The notes under the pieces are model-generated. The model saw only the letters and a list, made by a program, of their open reading frames with translations, did not search any database and had not been told where the DNA came from. Both the position numbers and the translations under genes were made by a program. A stretch of DNA of 64,000 nucleotides from Sarea resinae (Eukaryota), in the NCBI GenBank assembly GCA_026026165.1, contig JAPEUD010000010.1, positions 124,001 to 188,000 of the forward strand. Reading direction: 5' to 3'. Of the stretch, positions 13,220 to 25,914 are shown piece after piece. Positions within the stretch are counted from its first letter, which is position 1. Each line of letters begins with the position of its first letter.

Positions 13220-13974
13220 GATGCGGGTAGAGCCTTCGTAGCTTTGGTGGGGTGGAAAGGATGAGATTGACTTCTTGCTGGCGTATAATCGTCGTCGTTC
13301 GATTGTCGGGGTCGAGAGAGGTGAAGTCAAAGGGCTCGTGGCATCTTGACCGGTGATTGGCTGAAGGGTTAGGATATAATCCGGGTGGCTGACTAAGGGG
13401 GGGATGTGGCAGATTGCGGGAAGTGCCGCGTTTTGTTTACTCGCGACTTGGGCGCGTTTCTCGACTCTCGCTCGACTCTCGACCGTTTCTCGCTATCAAA
13501 GTACCAAGCGCCCATGGCGTAACGCGCATCGCCCTCCGGTGCTGCTAACGAACTTCCTAGCCATCCCGAAAGACACGCTCCTACCTCGACTTTCACGATA
13601 CCTCCCATCTCTCCATTCGATTTACCTACCTACCTACCTTACGCATTGAAACATCGACTCCCTCGCACACTCCTTGTGGCTCCTCTTTCCAGCCTCTTAG
13701 CATGCCTGTATATTGAGCATTTACCAATAGACCAGCTTGACTCTACCGTACCACCTTCCCTCTCTTTCCCTTCTCTCCCCTTAGCTATCTACCCCCCTCA
13801 TACAGCAACGCGCGACACAAAGTCTCAACAGACATATGGGCCAATCATCTCGACCTAGTCTGCAATGAGGCTTTAGAAGCAGGTGTAGGGCTTGTTCATA
13901 TCATCTGATAACTTCGGTCTATTCGGCTTTTCCGCAAACCTGGACCTGCGACACGCGATCGGTGGAGACGTCCG

Positions 13975-16900
13975 ATGTCTTCACCAGCCATAGCTCCCGG
14001 GATTGCCTTCTCTGGATCAGTATCAGCACCGCCATCGGACGCGGACGCGGGCGCGGGAGGGAACTGTCGACATGAAGGGACTCCCGAGGGTGTCTCTATC
14101 CGTCCTATGCGGGGTTTGTCTGCCAGTCCACGATACTTCAGTCTATCTAACCGGTCACGGTGATCTACAGTCAAGGTCCTGTACACTTTCGATGATCTCA
14201 ATAAGACCAATTGCCTAGCTCGGTGGCCGCAGATTCTGAATATTCAGACGGCGTATCTGGACGAGACGACACGGGTCGGGGTCATCGAATTGAAAACCTG
14301 CATTCAAGCCATTGTATCTGCTAGGTAAGTCGAGTGACTCTGTCCAGCTTGACACTACGACTGGCCTTGCTTCGCAATTGCTAATACGCATGAATAGTCC
14401 TGAGCTAGTTGCGAAATTGGGCCAAGATTACACTGTCTATGCTTACGACTACTCCGAATATGATACTCCACTCGTCGGCCAAGGTATGCTGTCTTGGGTA
14501 CTTGCATCGGCATCTTCTACGCCTTCTGCTCCCGCTCATCAATCTCGTACGATGATCACTGGACGTGTGTGCAAGAACATACTGGGGCTTTTCTCCAATG
14601 GTGTACAAGAAACTCTCGAGGTCAAACTACGACTGGTACCGGTGCCGAACTGCCTTCAAAGCGAATATCTCAGCAGCATGGAGAAGTATAGGGAGCTGAG
14701 CAAGATCATACCGGAAGGATTCGATGCTAGCGCTTGGACCGCTTTCCTTCAGGCCAACCCCAACATCGGGCGACTTACAGAAGCGGCAGGAGGGCGACCG
14801 AATTTGGGCCAGAGGATTGGGACTGACCTAGAGGTGGTTCAGCAGCTCTTGAACCAAACCCGACCGGAGAGTCCAGGCTCTCGCTCTCGATCCTGCGGTG
14901 AGCATGGTCTCGGCGGCTCTAATGCTTTCGGTGCAGCAGACATAAGTGGGCAATTCAGCAGAACGGCCAGTCCAGTAGCGAGATCACCGTCAGCTGCTGC
15001 AGCCCAACCAATCGGTCAAGATTGGCTATCTCGTCCGTCTTCAAGAGCTTCAATCGCCAGCCAACTCCAACTTCCCGAGAAAGCCAGGCAGGACAACAAT
15101 CTAGCGGAAGATGGAGCCGATAACGGCACATTTGAAGAACCTGGGAAGAAGAGAGCTCGGCTTACCAAAGCGGACTGGAATGGCAAGGCCTGCTTTGGAA
15201 CTAATGGCGAGTCCCTACGAGTTGTAGCAAGTACAGCAGCTTCCATCCGCATGCATCGGCCAATAGCAGTCCATCCTTCTGCGACCAACCTGGGCGCTCT
15301 TGAACAGCCGCCACGAGCACCCACACCTCGTCCGCAAAAGCCCAAAGAAATGCAACAGGTCGGACGGAGTCACATTCCCGGCGCTCTTCGACGTGAGTCA
15401 CTCAACTCAGCAGCCCCGCCATATGTCTCGCCATTTAGTCCTCGACGCCCCTCTGTAGAAATATCCCAGGCTGAATCCATCATGTCTTCACCTGAAGATT
15501 CTCGGAATGATACACCAACCAACATCGCATCCTCTCCGCCTGTTATGAGAGATCCATCACCAATACCTTCGAGCCCTGGTCTCCCCCCTCTACCTCACGA
15601 CATAGACTCTGGTTTCATGAGCGGATCGATTGAAGACCTTTTCGAGGATAACAGCAACAAAAACTTTCCCACTGTGAATATGAATACCGCCGGTCAGACC
15701 CAAAAGCAGATCAAGCCTTTGATTAGAAAGGAATTTTCGATCCAAGAGGTCATCCCGGGTCCGCCTGAGCTGCTCCCCCAGAAGATCTTGCCGCGCACGT
15801 TTGATACGCAAAGAAAGAGAGCTCTGAAGACTCTCGCCTCCAGTGAGGCTGGCCCACCTCAAGAAGAGCTACCGCCTTCCAGGGTGTACAATCCTATACA
15901 ACCCAAGCCTGCACCAACTCCTAACCTCCCTTCTAGCTCTTTACCCGAGCCATCCACTATGTCTCTGCGATTGCCTCTGGTTCCAAGTAGCGACCCGACC
16001 AGACCTCAATCAAGCACTCTACAACGATCTCAAACATGGTCCGCGCCTCAAGCCAGGTATGCTGATTCTGATGCACCGACACCAGCTGCAGCTTCCGAAC
16101 TTGGCGACATGCCAAAACCACGCAGCGGTTCTGGTGCAAAGCGCAAGAAAGCTATCCAAGATCGTCTAGCTACGTCGATTGCGGCAGGTGAAATGCCACC
16201 ATATTGCGAAAATTGTGGAGCAATTGAGACACCGACATGGCGAAAAGCATGGACCAAAGTACACAGTGGCCCATCGGATCAAGTTGCTCTTTCCAATGAA
16301 GATGGAGCTGTCATCGCCTGCGAGACACTTAGAAAGGATGATGCAGGGAATGTTACTTTGTTCAAGATCACCAAAAAGTCATTATTGGAGGACGATACGG
16401 GGTTCACAGAGATCTTGCTCTGCAACCGTAAGTCCCAACTACCGAATGAAGAAGAATCAGGGTCTTACTGATTACATATAGCCTGTGGCCTTTGGTTGAA
16501 CAAGACAAACTGCATGCGGCCTTCTCATAAGTGGGACAAGGGAAAGAAGGCTTTGGGCGAGAAGAGGAAGAGGGCACCTAGAAAGAAGAAAAACAGTGCT
16601 ACAACAGAGACAGACAGTGACTCTGTTATGATTAAGACTCGAGTCTCGGCGAAATCCATCGACGATGTTACTCCTGTAGACAGAGAAGAAAGCTCTCAGG
16701 ATCGAGACGACGAAGAGGGCGACCAGCTTCCACCACCTAAGAGGCCAAGGGCATCCAGTTTGCAGCCTGATAGGGCTGTGGCTGGGAAGGATCGTTTAGG
16801 TGATACCGCAGCAGTGGTGGCCTTGCAAAGGGCGATCCAATCGAGTCCAGCTCGCCTCTTAGGTACAAAAATAAGCCCGATCGATCTCGAGGATACACCA

Positions 16901-17851
16901 AAGCCAACCAGAAGGCTCTTGTTTCCCTCCCCAAGAAAAGAGGGCGAGATGAAGACTCTACAGGACAGATCAGCGAAACTTGATACCCAAGCTCCACCAC
17001 CCCGGCCACTCTTTCATCACACAACAACCGACCAAAGTGATAAAGAGAATCGTCCACCTGAAGTCGTTACACCAGGCGATGATTTCAACGAACTTTTCGT
17101 GGAGGAAGAGGCTCCGCTTCGTCCGTCTACCCCTCCAGCAACTGCCACGTCGTCTTCAGCGGAGACTCTTCTGAAAACCCCAATCCGTGTCACGCCCGGC
17201 AAAAAGCCTTGCACACCAAGAGAGCTCTTATCCTCCGCGGCGCGCAACCTCCTAAACCTTCCCTCAACACCAACATGGTCACCATCTAAACTAGCTCAAC
17301 TGGGAACCGATATGACCCCTTTCTCCGTCCAGCTCAACCGTTTCTTCAACGAGGGCGGAACTGTCGATCTCGATTTTCCTGACCTACCTTCGCTGGATAA
17401 TACGCCTAGAGCAGGGGCTGATGGAAGCAACGCATTTAATCTAGATGATTTCGATCCGCAGGATTTGATATCGACAGATGTGCCTGTGCCTAGCTCGCCA
17501 CCTCCACCTTTCTTTGCGCTATACGAGGATCCCTTAACTGCTGCACCTACCTCGACGACCCTGTGGAGCGATTACAATTTCACATCGGACGATGGACTAT
17601 TATCTGATGGGCGCACAGGAGATGGAGAGGGTTTGAATGATATCTCGGGCGGTGGTGATGGTGCCGAGTCCTCGACGGCTGGCAGAATTGGCTCAGAGAG
17701 GGTTCCTATTTCTGAGTCCAAGAGTGCTGCTGCTACGACTACTGCGATGGCTACAATAGGCGTCGATTTCTCGGCTCTGATTGATGAATTTCCGGCTTCT
17801 GGTGGTGCTGCTCCTCGGGCCAGTACTACGTCTTCCGTTGTGACCGAATGA
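13975..17851 (+). CDS. Ams2/Spt21-like GATA-type transcription factor
   Basis: N-terminal RPMR|VKVLYTFD...NCLARWP...ELKTCIQAIVSAS|PELVAKLGQDYTVYAYDYSEYDTPLVGQG (Ams2/Spt21 N-domain). Zinc finger CENC-x68-CN|PC; S/P-rich C-terminus. Three introns. Confidence 0.85.
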
Positions 17852-18705
17852 TGTGCTTTGTACTCTTCTTGTGCTCGTTGTTCTCAGCGACGGCGTTGGC
17901 GGTTGATCCCTAGATTAGAGCCCCGGAATGTGGCTCTTCCTGGGCGGTGTTGGCAGTGTGCCTTTTCCCTCTTCGTTTGCTATTCCTCGGCATGGGATAG
18001 TCACAATTTTGCATCATCGCACATGCATAGCTTAAACTAGTTCGAGGTCTGGATCAGGGTAATTGGGCTCTTTTAGATGCCTCATTAGAGAGATGGCAGA
18101 AGCTCGGCGCTCTCGAATATCATCAGAACGTTCACTGCCTCCTAGAAGCATTGATGCATGGTCTTTTAGGTTTGGGGTGACTACCAATATTCCACTGCTT
18201 CATAAATGTGCTAGACCGAATCGGAAATATCTCTTTCGTGTAAATGATCGATGGCACACCCACTTCCTGACCAAGGAGGGAAGGAACTAGCCAATGTAAA
18301 CAAACCCTGAGACGGTCGACGAGAAAGGTCGAAAACTCGGATTCCTCCCGTCCCACACCATGTTTACATAAGCCCCATCCGTCAGATGACAATGTTAGGG
18401 GGCTGTAAAGACTCACCATAAAGTGAATGAGGTACTGGGTGGCTAAGGATGTGGGATATAATTACTTTTCGACTCTTTATGTGAGATAAATGGCTGGACG
18501 GAGAAATTGGAAGGTCGGATACGACCATGCGCTTCTCCAACTGCTATATATAATCGTGTCTGACTTTCCGTATACTCTATCTACTTATCTTATAACGACA
18601 CTCTAGCCTTACTAAAAATCGTACATCATATCGTTCCAGTCCCGTGTATTGCCCGGAGGTAACGCCGCCGATGCAAATAAAATGGTCCTTTCATGATTGT
18701 CGTTA

Positions 18706-20785
18706 TCAAGGGGCCTTGAGACCGCGACCTAGCAGCTCTTCCCCCACCTCTCTCGGAACCCACACATCCTCTTTCGCAGTAAGTTTAGACGCTATCCCTG
18801 AGACCGTCTCCGCGGCATCAAGAGCGCGACAGAGGTCGTAGATCTCTCCATCTTGTGGGGCGAGATACACGAGTCGACCTAGAGCCAATACCAGAACCTT
18901 CAGCGTCTCTGGCTTAGGTGCTTCTATGGTAGTCTCTGGGTCCGTCGATGCATAGGTGGCTAGCGCTTCGAGGATGGAGGCCACGAGCGGCAGTTGTGCT
19001 TCTTCTGTTGTTAATTGGTCTGCGTCTGTGGGGCTATGATCTGAGTCGGGGGACTCGAGACGGTGCTTGTGGACTGCGAGCGCAAGATTATATGCCAACG
19101 CCGCTGAAGCAGCGCGGACATGGGCAGTTGTGTCTGAGAGGAGACTCGATGTTGTGAGGTTGAGGATCGAGGACGAGAGGATGGTGTTGGTGAGGAGTTG
19201 GGAAGGGAAAAGAGGAGTGCTGAAGGTGTTGCAGAGGGACTGGAGGGTGAGCAGGTGGATTGCTTTGGTCCCACTCTGGCTACTATCATTGCATGCGTCC
19301 TTCTCCCGAGGCTTGAGGTCATCGGTGCTGCTGTTGATGAGAGCTAATAAGGTGCTGAAGTCTTGCTCTTCGGCAAAAAAGCCGCTGACGCGGGGATCTG
19401 CTAAACTGATGCGTAAAAGGTCGACTAGCGGGAAAGAAAGGGTGGAAGGGAGCCTGCTGAGTGAGGAGCGAAGGTGGCTTGCGAAACCGGGCAAGTCTGG
19501 GAGTGGGGATTCACGAGCACCACCAGCGGAACCAGAAGCGTGGAGAGTGCGCAGGAAGTGCAGCATACCCTGTATAGCCGGCTTTGTAGCGGAATCGCCC
19601 ATTTTGGCGGTGAGTTTATCGAGTGGGGGTAGTTTGGCGTATGTAATTGGCTGTAGGCTTGTATGGAGGAATTTTGGGAGCCGGAGCTGCGTGTGCGGGT
19701 GTGGGGGAAAGGCCATTTGCACGAGAAGTCGCACGTTACCGCGGAGTTGCGACTCGTTGGCCCCTGACCACTCGTTCTCTTTATTCCCCTTCAAGAATGT
19801 CATGAAAGTTGGAGTGGCCCGAATGCCATACTTGGAGGAGATCTCGTAGGCTTGGTTGATGTCGACTTTGATGAGGGTGGCTTTTGAACCATACTCTGCC
19901 GCCATCGATTCGTAAGCTGGATAGACGATCTTGCAGGGGGCGCAGGTCGATGAGGTGAAGAATACAACAGCACAGGAATTGCTAGCTGACTCGAGGAGGG
20001 TTTGGAGGGAAGGAAGGGAAGTGATATTATGGACTATGCCGGGTTTGGACTGGGACTGTGGACCGGAAGATTGAGCTAGCTTTGAGGTGGTGGTGGCTGC
20101 CGTTGTTCTGGAAGACCGAGCAGAGTGGCTGGCAGGAATGGCCTGGGGCGGCACGGGAGCTTGGGTAACGGATCTCATTGCGCTGTCTAATTGGGGCTTA
20201 AGCATCTGGCCGAACGGCGTGTTCAGGACCGTTTGTGGAAGGGAGGTGATGTGCTCTGGGATTCCTCGGCCGACCAGAAACATGGCGAAGTCATTGGAGA
20301 AATTGTTACAGTTGTGCAGGAAGAGGTCATACGCCTGAATTTGCTTGTCAGGATGAGAGAGATGTGAAAAGGCTGCCCAAGACTTACTTCCGGAGTATAT
20401 ATCACCTTCAACGATTCGAGATATTCTGAGATGACCTCCTCCGGCAGTGACGTTGTCCCCATCGGGATGATCTCCATGGGAGAGCCATGGTGACTGCCAC
20501 CGGGATAACACGCTTGCACACCTTGGCCGTAAAAGTATTCCACTCCCCCAAAGACGAGAGACGTATGATATACAGCATCTATCTGAATTCCAAGGAACGA
20601 AGCAGACATCTAGGAGGGGAGCAAAGTCGTTTTGTTAACCACGAAACGGCTTACATATATGGCCTTGCGCTTGAAGACATACCTGTCTGGCCACGCCCTA
20701 CAAGTATGTGTCAGTGATTCCGCATTACGCAGGCGGAGCCAAAGCCCACCTTTGAGAGATCATAGACATATAGTTCAACTTCCAT
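18706..20785 (-). CDS. PPPDE (DeSI) peptidase - thioredoxin - PUL domain protein
   Basis: [12 protein letters not shown] start; YHTSLVFGG and HNCNNFS catalytic His/Cys motifs; thioredoxin-like FTSSTCAPC...ATPTF; helical PUL-like C-terminus (FPLVDLLR). Confidence 0.9.
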
Positions 20786-21278
20786 GTTCTTGATCTGGCC
20801 ACGATGTTCGACAGGTGGCGTTCGAAGAGTGCGAGTATGGAAGTGAAGCATCAATCCATGTGCGTAATCGTACTGGTAAGGCTGCCAGCAATACCTCATG
20901 AGACTCGACAATGCGTGCTAGTCCGGCTGTCCTCACAAGTACTGCGGAGTAGATCTATTTCTGGACAGGGTCCGCATCCCCAACTCCAATCTAACCGGAT
21001 GCAGAGATCTATCATCGCTAAGTCTCATAACCTTCTCGACTCTACAGCCACTACTCACATTTCTCCTGCAATGATCGATTTGTTTTCTTCTCTCTCCATC
21101 GCATCCCTTTCCATACTGGTCTTGGGGATTTAATGACCCGACCCATTCGAGACGATTTCCCTCTGTCCGACGCAAGGAAGATTGGGGCTCCCTCGTTTCC
21201 CCTATCCTCTTAGTTGCCACATCTCACTAATTCCCCCCTCCGGTTCCATCCCCCTTACGCTTCGTCGTTTGTAATTTC

Positions 21279-23137
21279 ATGTCCGACTCGGTCCACGTCA
21301 GACGTCGTCCGAGTCTCTGGTCATATTTTAGCTTCAGCTCCTCCTCTCCGCGCAAACAGTCGGCGTCTCTGCCTACGCGCAGCAACGCGGCCGATCCCTT
21401 CGAGAAACCAGACAGACATATCGGCGAAGGCCACGCGAACGGTTCAGCCGATTTCATGAGTAACGTCAAAAGCGCGTGGATGGCGCAGAGCCAACGGTCG
21501 CGGTATTTCAAGACTGGGGGTGTAATCGGGCTGCTGGTGTTATTGTTTTTCTTCCTTGCGCCGAGTTCGAAGACTGGCTTCTCCGATGTCGTCAGTGGTA
21601 AGTCACACTCACGAAATGATAGATAGCATTGTGTATTGACGTAATCTTCTTCTTAGATCACACGACCGGCCAGGTGCCTTCAGACTCGGTATTAGGGACC
21701 GCGAAATGCACGAAGCCTTACTCTTCGTCGAAGCCTCTGATCCAATATGCCCTCATGATCGATGCCGGCAGCACGGGCTCCCGCATCCACGTCTACCGCT
21801 TCAATAACTGCGGTCCCACCCCGGAACTAGAGCATGAGGAATTCAAGATGACAGCAAAAGCCGAGGGCGGCTCCGGCTTGAGCTCTTACAAGTCCGACGC
21901 CGAGGGTGCAGCAAAGAGTCTCGATCCCCTGATGGAGGTGGCCATGAAGACGGTCCCCGAAAAGCTCAGAGCTTGCTCGCCCGTCGCCGTGAAAGCAACC
22001 GCAGGACTCCGACTCCTTGGCCCAGAAATGAGCACCAAGATCCTTCAAGCGGTCCGCCACCACCTCGAGACTGCCTATCCCTTCCCCGTCGTCTCCGAAG
22101 AGAAGGGCGGCGTGCAAATCATGGACGGCAAGGACGAGGGCGTCTACGCCTGGATCACAACAAACTACTTACTTGGCAAGATCGGCGGTCCCGACCTCAC
22201 CCCAACGGCTGCCATCTTCGACCTCGGCGGCGGCTCAACCCAAATTGTCTTCCAGCCCACCTTCAAGAGTCCGTCAGGAGGCATGCCCGAGACCCTCGCT
22301 GACGGCGACCATAAATATAACCTCACCTTCGGCGGCCGTGACTTTACGCTCTACCAACATTCACATTTGGGTTACGGACTCATGTCCGCGCGCGAAGCCA
22401 TGCACAAACTCGTCGTGACCACCCTCCACGCCGAATCGCCCAACGACTCCTCCTGGATATCCAAGCCAATTACGAACCCCTGCATCGCCCCCGGTATGAC
22501 GCGCGAAGTGAAGGTCAAGCTGGACGAGACCCACCCACTCGGCGCCATCGTCAAAGTGAACATGACGGGCCCGGCCACGCCGTCACCCGCCCAATGCCGC
22601 GGCCTCGCCGAGAAAATTCTCGTCAAAGACGCAGACTGCACACTTGCACCCTGTTCCTTCAACGGCGTACACCAACCTTCTCTCGAAAAGACCTTCGCCC
22701 GCGAAGACGTCTACGTCTTTTCCTACTTTTACGACCGCACTTCCCCGCTCGGGATGCCCGAGTCCTTCACGCTCCGCGAATTGAAAGACCTCACGGCGCA
22801 GGTGTGCGAGGGCGAGAGCGGGTGGGGCACCTTCAGCACGGTGGAGGGCGCGTTGGCCGAGCTACGGGATCGGCCCGAGTATTGCATGGATTTGAACTTC
22901 ATGCTCGCGCTGTTGCATACGGGATACGAGATGCCGATTGATCGCGAAGTCAAGATCGCGAAGAAGATCAAGGGCAATGAATTGGGTTGGTGTTTGGGTG
23001 CTAGGTATGTCTTGCTGGAGTCTCTTTGGTTCGCATTTACTTGGTGTTGCGGATCTTACTGACTTATTTCCTCTTCTAGTTTACCGCTCTTGAACCAGGA
23101 GTCCGGATGGACGTGCCGCGTCAAGGAGATTTCCTAG
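21279..23137 (+). CDS. GDA1: Golgi guanosine diphosphatase (GDA1/CD39 family)
   Basis: N-terminal TM segment; apyrase regions IDAGSTGSR, KATAGLRLL, MDGKDEG, DLGGGSTQ, LGWCLGA; last exon LPLLNQESGWTCRVKEIS*. Start codon uncertain. Confidence 0.94.
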
Positions 23138-23696
23138 AGTGAATTCTGAGGCGTTGTATCTCTATTCTACATGATGTCTCTACCTCTGCCTCCGTTTCCC
23201 CACTAGCCCACCTAAGATGGTCACTTACCTCACCACTAAGCCGAATGATAAGATCATGACGCCTTCGAGGAGGAAAAGAATAAGATTGGAATGCGTCGGC
23301 TAGTGCGCATGGGGACGAGAGTAGCCCCGGGCGGGGGGTTCTTGCTGTGAAGGGTTGTGCGCTTTCTGTCGAGCGAGCGGTCTTGGCTTGCTTCTGCGCC
23401 AACGTGTTTTCTCCTATCTGTACGAGACATAGGCATATCCGATATAGATGGTTGTCGAGTATAGGTAGCAAGACTATGTGCTCGAGATATTGCGTTGGTG
23501 AGCATTTGATGAGTTGGCAAGAAAGATTCTGGTGGCATGACATGACGTGTCCTGAAGGTGTGGTATTGCCGACATCGTAGATGGACGTCTGCTTTGGGCT
23601 TGTCTAAGTAACAAACAATTTCCAGATCCAGTGCATTGGTGATGGGACAATAATATGCGGGTAAATGAACCCTTTGGCGCATGACTTCGTGCCTGA

Positions 23697-24573
23697 TCAA
23701 CCCTCTTCGACTTCCTCGATGGCCGGCTTGGATTTTGATTTCGATGACTTGGTGCCCATCAAGCTGTCCATGACGGTCCTGTCTTTGGCTTTCGTTGCTT
23801 CGGCGCCATTGGTTTTGCTGTTTGACTTGTCGCTTTCATCGTCGTTTGAGTCGTCTGAGTCCGAGTCGCTGCTCGTGTCACTGTCGCTGCTGCTACTGCT
23901 GGCATTTGGGTCTTTCTCCTCTAAGACGCCCAAGCCAAGATTCTGTATTCACGGTCGTAGTTAGCTTGGCACGACAAGGAGAGAGTATTGATCAAAGAAA
24001 ACCTCCAAAGACTTTGTCCGTCAAAGGCCAAGTCCGGAAAAAGAGGTGGATGATGTTTAGACACAGATGGAAGCCTAAGAAAGACAAAAAAAGCAACAAT
24101 GGGGTATTGCTGTAATGAAAGTGCCTCCAAGGGAACCGACAGAGGAATCAGAATGCACAATGCAGGGGCAGATGAGAGTGGAACGGGCGTACCATCTCAA
24201 TATACTGTCCGCCATCCTCCTCATCCACATTCTCGATATTTCTTTCACCCAACCGGCCCGCGAGGCGGTCTTCCTCCAATGAGGCATTCGCCGCCGCCAG
24301 CTCGGGCAGAAAAGAGGAGAGTCGCGAGAGGAGAGCGGATGAGCCGGGTGCGAAGGCGGTACGGGAGATGTCTGGCTTTTGCCGACGGGGGAGGGTCGGG
24401 ATGCTGCTGACCGACGCGGGCATGGGCGTATCGTTGTTCTGGCCGTCGTCGCCGTCACTGTCGTTGGAGCTCGAAGGAGACGAGGACGACGATCTGCTTT
24501 GGCATGGAGGAGAGGGCGGGGTGTGTGGTTGGTGGGCAGAAGAGCGATCGGCGACGGGCTCTGTGGGGGCCAT
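23697..24573 (-). CDS. DUF4598 / NOPCHAP1-like protein
   Basis: SALLSRLSSFLPELAAANASL...QYIEM|NLGLGVLE across an intron, followed by an acidic Ser-rich stretch and a KPAIEEV tail typical of this family. Confidence 0.8.
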
Positions 24574-25914
24574 GCTGCTGAAGGGGGGAGGAAGAAGAGG
24601 TTTAAATTGTTTGATGATGGCTATCGTATCGTTCAAGTGAAGATAAAATCCCCCCGTAGGAGTAGTGACCAAGTGACGTTTGACTCGCCTACTGCAGTAG
24701 GTATTACTAGTACCTACCTACCTTAGGTACTGAGAAAATCACTTCGGCGCTTCCAGCACGGAAGAGGCCAAGCGTACGAAGTTACTCGGTGGTCATGCTG
24801 GTGAGCGGCAGGCGAAACGAAGCGAAACGAATAGTGCCGGACGGGGCGGTCGAGGACGGAGGGCGGAGGGCGAGAGGGAGGGCGAGAGGGAGGAAGGGCG
24901 CTCCCGGGCAAGGATCTTATACACCCTGGAACCCCTCGTCCCTGTTCGTGACCATGGCGGGGGGAGCAAGAGACCTCCTCCAACGGACTCATGTACGATG
25001 TAGTACGCAGTCGATGGAGTGATGTTGCCTGTACCTACTGGAGACTACCTTACCTTACAAAGAACGCACCGTCATCTCTTCTTTCTCTCCTCGATCCTTT
25101 CACCAGCGGAATAGAGACTGTATCTATATTCATACACCTCCTCGTTTCTCCTCTTCGTTCCTGTTTGGTCCTGTTTTCTTCATCCCAATCCATCTCTAGC
25201 AACGGCCGCGTGGAACATCAAAGCTGAGAGCTACCAGCACCGAGATCGATCGTGATCAGGACCCAGAGACGGCTTCAAGGACGTTCCTGAACCGGGTAAT
25301 CGTTAGTGAGATCGAGGTGCACTCGTGAATTGTCGATACGCTCTGCATCATTGGGCTGCCGGTAGAGAGTCATTTGATATCAGCGTCTGTCTTGTGCGAA
25401 GAGGTAAGGTGAACAGCTTTCCGGGGTAGTTGACTGCATTGTTGTCTTTGTTCGAATTTTGGTTCTTTGTATTGGCCTCCTTGTTGCCAGGCTCAGTGAT
25501 GCTCGTCGGCGAAGCAATACTATGTTTGCGCCTCACCTCCGCGTCACTGGCAGAAATATGTGGAAAGTTCCAATGCATTCACTCCGCGTGAGCTTCACTC
25601 TCAGCCTGCCCAATCCTTCGTTGTTCATGGGCTTCACGGATTTGAGGTTTTGGGAGCTGTTCATTCACCGTTCAGCTTCAATGGAAACAGTCCAGCCCCC
25701 CTCATTGCCAGCTCTTATACTCTCTTTCTACTCGTCCCTCTTCTGATTCCATACAACTCTCTACTTTCTTCCTGCTCATCTTCAAACTTTACATACTCGC
25801 AATCTTCAAAGACTTCTTCCTTTCCAATTTCAACCTTACGAAACACATTCGAAGGCCGTGCCTCATCTATTGCCAATCTTAACTTGACTACTTTTTACCT
25901 TTCAATTCCTCAAG

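Noticed and set aside
19067..19849. 260-aa + strand ORF
   Set aside because: Antisense to the PPPDE-Trx-PUL coding exon.
23945..24192. Long introns (DUF4598 gene here; also SRP21 ~59498-59725) as snoRNA hosts
   Set aside because: No convincing C/D box pair or H/ACA structure visible by eye; a covariance-model search would be needed.
25224..25320. TPP-riboswitch-like words (CTGAGA...CCTGAACCGGGTAAT)
   Set aside because: The complementary P5/P4 strand and the GCG...GG that should follow TAAT are absent, and the neighbouring gene is unrelated to thiamine.
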